DNA of 64,000 nt from Trypanosoma brucei (taxonomy: Eukaryota): the NCBI GenBank assembly GCA_000002445.1, contig CP000070.1, positions 512,001-576,000 on the forward strand. Reading direction: 5' to 3'. Within the stretch, counting starts at the first letter, position 1. Each line of letters opens with the position of its first letter. Of the stretch, positions 55,798 to 64,000 are shown in pieces. The translations under genes were made by a program, and so were the position numbers. The notes beneath the pieces were generated by a model. That model made no database searches. It was given only the letters and a program-made list of their open reading frames with translations, and had not been told where the DNA came from.

Positions 55798-56598
55798 TCA
55801 TTTCTTCTTTTTCGGTGATTGGGAACTGCGTCGCATGAGGACGGCCTCCTTGTACCTCAAGTGTTCTTCACTCACATAATCCGGATCATAGCCATCGCCT
55901 TTAGTCCCAACCTCCACACGCCGACGCTCTGAACTCGATTCATTTTTGCCACGTAGAAGAGAAAGGATGCCATATTTGGAAGCCAATACGTACACGACAG
56001 CACAAGTAATGGCTAACAGTGTCAAGTATGTAAGGATGGTTGAAGGATCCGTATCCAGAGACGCTTCAATGGCCACTGTTTCATTGAATGCTGCAACAAA
56101 TTGGGGTTGCTCGGTTTCACCATTTTTATAGTAAACACCAACGATAAGGTGGTAGTCGTTAGGTTCCAGCAGAGCATGCGGAGTGAAGGTGTAGTGAAAA
56201 CTTGCGGATTCTCTGTACTGAACAATACGTGCATGACGAATGGCAGAGAAGTTCTGCAAGATCTGGTTAGGCGTGTGTGCAGGGGCAACACTGGCGGAAA
56301 CGAGAAGGACGGTGCTGTTCTGGCGTTGATCGTTGTTACGAAATGCGATTAGTGCATCAACACGCGAGCCTGCGTGAAAAGTGGGCGTCGAACCTCCACG
56401 AACCTTTGGGAAAATGGCTTGTACTGTAGGTAAAAACAATTTTTCCTCTTCTGCTTCCCCTTCACGCTCTGCGTCGTCACTCTCCGCTGTTTTGGCGGCC
56501 CCATCCGCCTCCGTGGCAGAGGCTGGTACGGCTGCAAGAAGGGACGAAGTTGCCGCTGCGAATAGAAGCAGCAACATTAAGGAACGACGGCAAGCCAT
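55798..56598 (-). CDS. Translocon-associated protein subunit alpha (TRAP-alpha/SSR1-like): signal peptide, acidic luminal N-terminus, single transmembrane helix near the C-terminus, short basic cytoplasmic tail
   Basis: 266 aa with an ATG start (cat at 56596-56598). Signal peptide MACRRSLMLLLLFAAATSSLLAAVPASA. Acidic run ESDDAEREGEAEEE. Similarity to human SSR1: QNFSAIRHARIVQ matches QNFTALPLNTVVP, ASFHYTFTP matches ATFEYSFIP, FNETVAIEA matches FNQTVTVIE. Transmembrane helix ILTYLTLLAITCAVVYVLASKY. KKKK C-terminus. Confidence 0.7.
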   Translation of the reverse strand: MACRRSLMLLLLFAAATSSLLAAVPASATEADGAAKTAESDDAEREGEAEEEKLFLPTVQAIFPKVRGGSTPTFHAGSRVDALIAFRNNDQRQNSTVLLVSASVAPAHTPNQILQNFSAIRHARIVQYRESASFHYTFTPHALLEPNDYHLIVGVYYKNGETEQPQFVAAFNETVAIEASLDTDPSTILTYLTLLAITCAVVYVLASKYGILSLLRGKNESSSERRRVEVGTKGDGYDPDYVSEEHLRYKEAVLMRRSSQSPKKKK

Positions 56599-57780
56599 CG
56601 CTGTTATTGTTTTTATTATATATATATATATATATATATTTTGTTATATCTCTTCCTTTCTCTAAATTGTTATTACTAATCTGTTTTGTTTGACGTTGGC
56701 TCCACCACTTGTGTGTGTGTGTATGGAATTATACCAATATTTAACAGTATATATGTCAGTTGCGCCTCCTAACCTAACAAGAAATCAATAATAATAATAA
56801 CAATAATAATAATAATAATCATCATCATCATCAAGTGTGGAGAGTAGAAGGTGACCTCAACATCTTCGCAAATACAATCAACACATGAGTTTTTTATTTG
56901 TATCATAGTTTCCACAACCATAATATATCCGTTTCGCGAACAGTAATTATTGCGGTCAAGTGATGACAATACTTGAAAGAAGGTAAGAAGATGTGTTAAC
57001 AGGGTTCAACGGCAGTTCATCAAACAAATATATGTGGTCTCCGGTAAATTGGCCTTTACTTCCGCTAACAGTGTTGCTGTTTTGCTCTTCCGTTCGGTTA
57101 CATTTTGTTTCTGTTTTGGTTTTTCTGTTTCACGTGCAGTTAGGCCAGTTTTCCATTCGAAGAAGAGGGTTGGTTTCCTCGTCACCGTTGGCGAAGCTCT
57201 TTTTTTTTTTTCTTCACAAGTGCGACCTTCACTATGAAATTTGCTGTTAGTCCTTCACATACTCCCAAATATCAAACAAACATCTGCATGTCAATTTTGT
57301 GCCTTTCCATCAGGACCCTCCTCCCGCATGTTTTCCTCAAAAGTAACTGTTCCGAGAGCAGTTACTTCACTAACTTGTTTACCGATAGTTTATTTGCGTT
57401 GGGTAATTGAAGGTCCGAAAAAAAAAAAAAAAAGTCACACAGCGGCTCAAAATAACTGCAATTGCACGGAGTAAGAGGGAAAGAAGAATATTTCCGGCTC
57501 AAAGTCCATTGGTGTCATAGTTGCCACTCACAATATTTTTCGAATGTCACTCTGCATTTGCCACTACACATAAGACTGCGAAATGCCATCGTAACAGTAA
57601 ACACGTCTCACATCTTTCCTCACATGCACACCATTTGGTTAATGCTGTGGGAACTGCGACTGTGGTGATAGTTTCTGTTATTATTATTTTTTTCTTTCGG
57701 TCTCCTGTGGGAAATAAAACTCACTTCTCCTTTGATTATATGCCTCGTCTTTGACCATAAAATCCCTTTTGCGTGTCGCT

Positions 57781-58017
57781 CTACAACTTCAACATTTGCT
57801 TCACAGCACCACCACCCGACTCCCCCTTATCGAGTGCTCGGTTGATAATATCGCTTGCCTGCAAATATTTTACCGCACAACGCTCCACACACTTCACCTC
57901 ATCCATGGTTAACTCTTTACTGCTGAGATTCTTGCAGCAAAATGTAAAACATTCGGACTGCAAGCGACTCATCAGTACCTCCAAACGGAAGGATTCTTGC
58001 TTTACAGCCAGGCGCAT
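57781..58017 (-). CDS. Small Tim family protein (mitochondrial intermembrane-space chaperone; twin CX3C motif)
   Basis: The track start is a GTG (cac at 58096-58098) preceded by poly-Phe/Cys low-complexity translation. The first ATG is at 58015-58017, giving 78 aa: MRLAVKQESFRLEVLMSRLQSECFTFCCKNLSSKELTMDEVKCVERCAVKYLQASDIINRALDKGESGGGAVKQMLKL. It contains CFTFC (C-x3-C), a 15-aa spacer, then CVERC (C-x3-C). This is the defining twin-CX3C arrangement of Tim8/9/10/13-type proteins. Confidence 0.6.
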   Translation of the reverse strand: MRLAVKQESFRLEVLMSRLQSECFTFCCKNLSSKELTMDEVKCVERCAVKYLQASDIINRALDKGESGGGAVKQMLKL

Positions 58018-58857
58018 GGAAAGAGAATTACGTCCGTAGCTGGTGCAAGCAACAAAACAACAACAATAACAAAAAAAGAAAGAAAGAAAGAAAAACACGG
58101 AAAACAGTACAAATATGAGCTATGTGTGAAAATATCTTTTCTTTGATCGTTAGGTAACAGGCGCTACAAAGCTACGACAGAGGAGGCTTACAATCCTCCT
58201 GCAACTCTTCCCTTCCCTCGGTGGTTAACGTTAGTTGAAGGGTGACGGTTCTTAGGGTACACGTCGCTATTCGACAAGGGGGAAAAAAAAAAGAGATATG
58301 AAGAAAAGAATAAAAGAAACATGAATGTATATATATGTATATAAAAGGAGGTAATTGAATTGCTTTCGGCAATACAATTCACAGAAAGCAAAAACAAAAT
58401 AATGAAAACGATAAGACACGTATTAGAGAGTGCTGCTTCTAGATTTATGTGACCCTGCGGTTACGTGATATGTTGTGTAAAACAGTCGCTTGGAGGTACC
58501 GAACACGAGGAAAGATGAACAAAATGTCACAGCTGTCGTCCACATTTCTGCCTTTCTCCTCTTCTTTTTGTTATGGGTCTCCTTAAAAAAAAAAAAGAAC
58601 CCTCTTCCCTAAACATCACATCACAGGCAAGTAATGGAAGGGAGTGCAGATAGATCCAAATATATGTGTAAAAGACGGGCCATAACGTCCGAGGGGAAGT
58701 AATGTAACACTAAAGTATTCACGCACTTCACTATCCTTAATGGAAGGTGTCCTCCACTCACAGTTGCATTACATTCCTATCAACCAAATCACCTACAAAT
58801 ACTTCAGTCAACCACAACATTAACAACAATATCACACACACACACACACATATATAA

Positions 58858-58892
<35 letters not shown>

Positions 58893-60048
58893 AATATATA
58901 CGGTTTACAACTCCCTCATTCACATCGCAATTACTCAGTACTCAAGTGGGTTCCACCATGTGTTTTTATCAACAGAATTCATCTCTCGTACCAGGCGTCA
59001 ACTCATTATTTCTCCCAGACTCTTTCTAGTAACACCGCAAACTCGTGAAACACATCTCTTTTTTTTTTTTTAGCCGTGACCTAACTTATTTTAAGTGCAT
59101 AAATTTCTTGTATTTTTTTTTGTAAAAAAAATTATTCTTTAGTTCAGTCTTCCTTGTTCTCCCCTCCTCTTTTGTGGTTTTTGTTTTTTTTTTTGAAAAA
59201 ACGATAATAGAGCCCAGCGTCATATACTGTAGCGACGTCTCGCTCACTCATTCATTCACTCACTCACTTAAATAATGGAGTTCTCCTTTCTTTCTTTCTT
59301 TTTTTTCTCTCTCTTTCTTATTGTAAACGGCCTCAACATAATATATCAGTCCCTCTGTGTTCCCTTCATCATCTCAAAGATATTTTTTCAATAGTACACA
59401 ACTCAAAGGAAAAGAAGGGGAAAACAACAACATCAACAACATCATCATCACACTGAAAAAAAAAAAGAAAGAACAGTGAGCATGTGCACAAGGGAAAGGG
59501 AGGCATGATGCAACCTTGTCATGGCATCCCACTAACCAACCAAAACATGTGTGGTAATTCAAATACAAAAAGAAAAAAAACAGAAAGGAAATCAACAACA
59601 ACACCACCAAATAGGGGAGAGAAAAAAAACGAGGTGTGCGTGTGTGTGTGTGGAGGAGGGGGGAGGAGGGAACAAACAGTAGAGTGTTGATATTGTAATA
59701 ATTTGTAAAAGAAAAAAGCGGTAACCCTACCGACAATCGTACGAGTTGGTAAAAAAAAAAACAAAAAATTAACCAAAACAAGACAGACGCATATAAATAA
59801 ATACTCCACCGAAAGATCAATGGGGACGGGACAAGTAGAAATCGCTTATCACCCTGTAATTATACACAGTTCCACAATGATAACGTCATACCATTTAGCT
59901 CCACTCTGCTATTATCCCCATTTCCTTCCCCACCCTCGTACTTTCTCCCTCCTTAACATTCTGATTTCCCTTCCCCTCCTCCCCCCGCTCTCCACCCCCC
60001 CCCAAAAAAATAAATAAATAAATAATAATAATAATAATAATAATAATT

Positions 60049-60423
60049 TCACGCACAGGTTACTCCGTTGAACTTTCCATCACATTGTCGCAAGACTTTA
60101 AATACTCTTTCGCATGCCAGGACACACGTTGATATATTCTGTAAGCAACTGAAACCATTGAGTGTTGCGCTGGTGATGCTGTTGGATTGCAGCATTACTG
60201 CCATGGCATGACTTAAAACACCTTCCAATGCATCGGAAGCAGCGCCAGGTGGTACGGCGGAGGAGGCCTCGGGGCCGAGCAGAGCACCACGCAATACTGA
60301 AGGAGTGGGAAGTGCACATGCGAGAGATGTGGGCCGAACATATCCAGTTAGAAGCGGGCTTCGGCACGCATTCAAATGCCGCTGCGTAAAGGTGCGACCC
60401 ATGAAAAACACTGAGCGACGCAT
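60049..60423 (-). CDS. Small hypothetical protein, about 124 aa, with an Arg-rich presequence-like N-terminus and a C-terminal Cys cluster
   Basis: The track start is a TTG (caa at 60541-60543). The first ATG is at 60421-60423: MRRSVFFMGRTFTQRHLNACRSPLLTGYVRPTS... The C-terminus is ...FSCLQNISTCVLACERVFKVLRQCDGKFNGVTCA and contains a C-x9-C (CERVFKVLRQC). Weak call. It could be spacer. Confidence 0.3.
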   Translation of the reverse strand: MRRSVFFMGRTFTQRHLNACRSPLLTGYVRPTSLACALPTPSVLRGALLGPEASSAVPPGAASDALEGVLSHAMAVMLQSNSITSATLNGFSCLQNISTCVLACERVFKVLRQCDGKFNGVTCA

Positions 60424-61083
60424 CCTTTTGTCACTAAGATTCAACAATTTTAGCCTCCAAATGTGATTCCTCCTTTCCCTCCTAAGATGTATCGTAGGAC
60501 AATTTCGGTGAGACGAGTCTTTTTTTCTTTTGTTTTTTAACAAAAAGATTTTACTTGTCTTTTTCTTTTCGTTGATAAGATTACACTGATGTTTAGCAGT
60601 CAGCGTTTCAGTCCTAGCGAAACCTCCCCGAAGTTTCCTCCGCGAAGTGGGTCTTCGCTAATAGTGATATTCCCCCTTGCAACGCGGTAAACGTCAAGAA
60701 AGTGGAAGATTGCACGTGAGCAAGGTTGGTCAGATAGCAACAAATAGAGTAACAACAGAAAAAGAAAGTACTCAGAAGGCTCAAGAATGTGCTTTGGTAT
60801 ACAAAAGCAATGGCCAAAGCACGCGTGATGCAACAAATGAAGGCATCGTATAATCTGCATTTCTCCAATCACCAGTTAGATTTTGCCTTCACCCGTAAAC
60901 TCAACACTTTCGAGTCGTCACCGGTAGTCATGTGGCCACGACTTGAACAACAACAACAATGCGATAAGCGATAAATGTTAAACACACTTACTTCAAACCA
61001 CTTATGCAATTACACCACCAGCGGGAAAGCACAAACGCACCCCTTCACGCCTCACCAAGCGACGGTGTAAAAATATTCTATCG

Positions 61084-63093
61084 CTACTGTTCCCTCGACC
61101 CACCGTCTGCACCGATGTATGAAATAATTGCGCTCCCCGTACCACTCCCCGACTCATCACCTCGCACGTCAAACCACATGGGAAGCTGTCGAGCTATGAG
61201 CACAATGGAGCCGTACCGACGAACTAACTGTCGTGCATCGCGTGGAAGGTAATTCAGTACGGTAGCTTCCTGAGCCCCACCCACAGTGAACATTGCAATC
61301 AGCCGCACAAGATCTGCAAGCGTACGACACGGTGAATGAAGTAATTCTGCAGGTGGAGGCTGGCCATCCCTACGACCAACGACAAGGACCGTACTGAAGA
61401 TCACTTCATATATTTTGAAGAACTCACGGTGACGCTCAAAGAACTCCTGTTTACACTCCCACACATCAAACGGAAGCTCTCGAGCAGCGGGTGAGTGGCG
61501 GAACCGAGTCCATAACACCGGATGCTCAATTGGCATAACTTGCATCAACATCCTCGCCTTCTCCTTTTCGCTCAGTTGCCTTCCAGGCCCGCAGACACTC
61601 CGAGCACCCGCAGAAGACGCGGGGATTCTTACGCCATGAGACGCAGCCGCGAGAAAAGGCGTCCACACGAAGCCCTCCTTCAACAGTAAGTATAACGAGT
61701 GCTGCTTTACAAAGGCTTCGACGGAGGCATACGCACATTGCAGTTGCCCTCGACTGCTTGTTGAAAGCGAGGCGACAAGTTCCTCAACCGAAAGGGGTTT
61801 CTCCCCAAGCAGCTGGAGACATTGGCGCAGGACCACTGGTATCGGAGTAGTCTGCCACGTCAAACTAGAAGGTTGTTCATGCCGTTCCATCACTTCCCAC
61901 GGCCTAACCATATATGCTGTCATGTTTACGTCGAAAAGGTGACGAAGTCGATCAAAGACAAAAATGCACGCGGCATCCTTGTGAGTTGCCGGATAAATGT
62001 GAAGCCGCTCCATAAGGTCTGACGGCAGCACATCATCCAACTCCGTCATAGCTATGCCTGACCGCAGGCGCTGCAGGTTCTCGGGACTTGCCGATGCAAA
62101 GTTACGGAATGCTTCGATTAGCGGTTGGCCAAGGTTAAGCACCTCAAACCCCTGAGCAGATAAAGCCTCGCTGCCAACGTAGGGACGACGGTCGGCATCC
62201 ATCATGCGGAGAAACACATCATTTATATCGTCTCCGGTCACACGACAATCGAGGATAGTGGCAGGTACACGCTGCAGTTCCTCCAATATCTCCTTCAAGG
62301 TGGCATCCGGAGAGAAGCACATACCAGAACGAGGCGATTGCATCACACTCCGAAGCGGAATATAAAATGAAAATGGAACAGTTTTTTGAAGAAGTAACAA
62401 GATTCGATTAAGCTTCGGATCATCAAAAGCGCTAATAGTTAACGTCGACTCATGAATGGATTCTGCTTGTCTGGTTGCATGACCAGCAGTAGAAAAGGCA
62501 GGAGCTGACGCTGCCAGTGGGTTGGATGTCGATGTTGGTGGTATCGGGTTCAACCCCATACGGGTCACAAAAGATGTTGGTGATGCCTTTACTATGCCAT
62601 TCTGTACCAGCACAAGTGATGCGTGCTGCAAAAGGAAGGCCTCCAGTAGGCGCTCATTACCACACTTCCGTTGCTCAAGCGCTGGTAAAGAACGGTACAA
62701 TTGTGAAACAGATAGTTGCTGTTGGGGTGAGGCGGCAACATTTGCCAAAACTTTTGCAATTAATGGAGTGCTACTTCCGGCGCGTCGCAGCTCGCTGGCG
62801 AGCATTACAACAGTTAAGCCGGACGAGGCGACCTCAACCTGAAACTTCGATGGCCGCTCCTTCACATACTGGCCGAGTCCACCTGTGTTATTTGATACAA
62901 GTTCCAACATTTCATCACTTAGTAAAGCGGAGACGCGCGGTAAGGGGAGTGCACCGTGACGACGCAATATAACCCGCATATTTTCCCACAGCATATCGTC
63001 CTCCTTCTGTGTGAGTCGCAAGCGCATGGAGTTCAAAAGTGCGCCGCAAGCCATTGTCACCGCTGAATGCGGATTTGAGCGGAAGCCGCGCAT
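61084..63093 (-). CDS. Hypothetical protein, 669 aa (no family recognised)
   Basis: ATG start (cat at 63091-63093). Long non-repetitive ORF on the common coding strand. N-terminus MRGFRSNPHSAVTMACGALLNSMRLRL... is basic. Confidence 0.7.
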   Translation of the reverse strand: MRGFRSNPHSAVTMACGALLNSMRLRLTQKEDDMLWENMRVILRRHGALPLPRVSALLSDEMLELVSNNTGGLGQYVKERPSKFQVEVASSGLTVVMLASELRRAGSSTPLIAKVLANVAASPQQQLSVSQLYRSLPALEQRKCGNERLLEAFLLQHASLVLVQNGIVKASPTSFVTRMGLNPIPPTSTSNPLAASAPAFSTAGHATRQAESIHESTLTISAFDDPKLNRILLLLQKTVPFSFYIPLRSVMQSPRSGMCFSPDATLKEILEELQRVPATILDCRVTGDDINDVFLRMMDADRRPYVGSEALSAQGFEVLNLGQPLIEAFRNFASASPENLQRLRSGIAMTELDDVLPSDLMERLHIYPATHKDAACIFVFDRLRHLFDVNMTAYMVRPWEVMERHEQPSSLTWQTTPIPVVLRQCLQLLGEKPLSVEELVASLSTSSRGQLQCAYASVEAFVKQHSLYLLLKEGFVWTPFLAAASHGVRIPASSAGARSVCGPGRQLSEKEKARMLMQVMPIEHPVLWTRFRHSPAARELPFDVWECKQEFFERHREFFKIYEVIFSTVLVVGRRDGQPPPAELLHSPCRTLADLVRLIAMFTVGGAQEATVLNYLPRDARQLVRRYGSIVLIARQLPMWFDVRGDESGSGTGSAIISYIGADGGSREQ

Positions 63094-63958
63094 TGCAGAT
63101 GTGTAAATGTGAATATGCTTCGAAACACCTAATACAATTTACCAATTAATTCCTCCTTCCACTTGCGTTTCCCTCAGTTCCGTCTGCTTCCCCCCCCCCA
63201 GTGATGAGATCAATAAACTCAACGCAACAGCCACTAGTACGTGGGAGACAGCTTACAAAGACAACAACACACAAAGAAAAAGCATACACGACGAAGCGTA
63301 TAAAACAGAATTAAACCAACATCAAAGGTTTTTTTCTTTTTGAAAGGGATCCGCAGGGGATATAAAAAAGAGTCGAGTAATAATAACAAGTTCAACGGCG
63401 TGCTTCGATAATTAAAGGAGGGCGTGGAAAAAGAAGAGCATGGAAAGCTTGTTAGGGACTGATGGAACTTAGTGTAACACTAAATCAAGACAATGAAAGA
63501 AATTTAAAAAAAACAAAAAAGGAAACGACTCAAGTTAAAGGAAAGAGAACATGAAAGACGATCAACAGATCCCTACCGCCAAAATTCGACACACAAACAG
63601 TCATGTAGTCTCTTTTTTTAAAAAAAAAGAAATGATGTCGTTGTTACTTCCTTTACTTTACTTTCCATATGAGTTTTGTTCATTTTCTCCTTCCCTCTTG
63701 CTTTTCACCCTCTTTTTCTCCTTCCAGGGGGCAGCGGGGCGGGGAGGCGGGAGGGGAATACACTTGCAGATCAGTACATTTACTTTAAACGCATATAAAA
63801 CTGAGAGTGTGAGGCCATCAAAAAAAAAAAAAGGAGAGAGATGGAAGGAAATGATGTATATGCTTACGTAAATTTCTTACGTCCGTTCCTGTTCTTGCGC
63901 ATGAGTTAAACAGCACATTTGTTATTACCGTATCAAAACAATAAAAACTATTGTGGTG

Positions 63959-63996
<38 letters not shown>

Positions 63997-64000
63997 TTTA

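Noticed and set aside
1-64000. Mobile elements (ingi/RIME/SLACS-type retroposons), CRISPR arrays, telomeric (TTAGGG)n or centromeric tandem arrays
   Set aside because: No long ORFs with RT or endonuclease motifs outside the listed genes. No regularly spaced repeat-spacer arrays (the repeats present are microsatellites). Only a single isolated ttaggg. No tandem AT-rich satellite of about 150-bp period.

Overview
This window reads as nuclear DNA from a kinetoplastid, most consistent with a Trypanosoma brucei-group chromosome-internal region. I found 21 coding regions and no RNA genes, mobile elements or CRISPR arrays.

Why I think it is trypanosomatid:
- Every convincing coding region is intronless and lies on the minus strand, which fits a single co-directional polycistronic transcription unit.
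- The intergenic spacers are AT-rich and low-complexity, full of (TA)n, (CA)n and (GT)n microsatellites, triplet repeats and long homopolymers.
- One gene encodes a single polypeptide that fuses an mRNA guanylyltransferase (K-x-D-G active site) to a cap (guanine-N7) methyltransferase. To my knowledge this bifunctional Cgm1 architecture is specific to trypanosomatids.
- The downstream neighbours are GMP synthase, ERCC1, an NF-X1-type zinc-finger protein and a CCCH (ZC3H-type) zinc-finger protein.

Caveat on the ORF track: several track ORFs begin at GTG or TTG codons translated as M. I checked the sequence at each start and moved the start to the first in-frame ATG where needed (NF-X1, ERCC1, DnaJ-like, Cgm1, DCC1-like, small Tim and three others).

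What I did not find: tRNA or rRNA genes, CRISPR arrays, ingi/RIME/SLACS-type retroelements, telomeric repeat arrays or centromeric repeat arrays.

Most noteworthy observations:
- A DNAJA/Ydj1-type Hsp40 that keeps the Gly/Phe region, four CxxCxGxG zinc-finger repeats, the C-terminal domain and a C-terminal CaaX box (CTAQ), but has no J domain. An in-frame stop lies immediately upstream of the retained region.
- A 1370-aa protein rich in Ser, Tyr and Gln. It carries a perfect 137-bp internal direct repeat (306-bp period) and a (CAA)12 tract.
- Two ORF-free AT-rich stretches of 5–6 kb inside the co-directional unit, one directly downstream of the CCCH RNA-binding protein gene.
- A 22-bp perfect GC-rich palindrome about 320 bp upstream of the capping-enzyme start.
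- A strong G-quadruplex motif on the template strand.
- A partial gene at the left edge that the ORF track misses.

I had no database or search access, so all functional calls rest on motifs recognised by eye.
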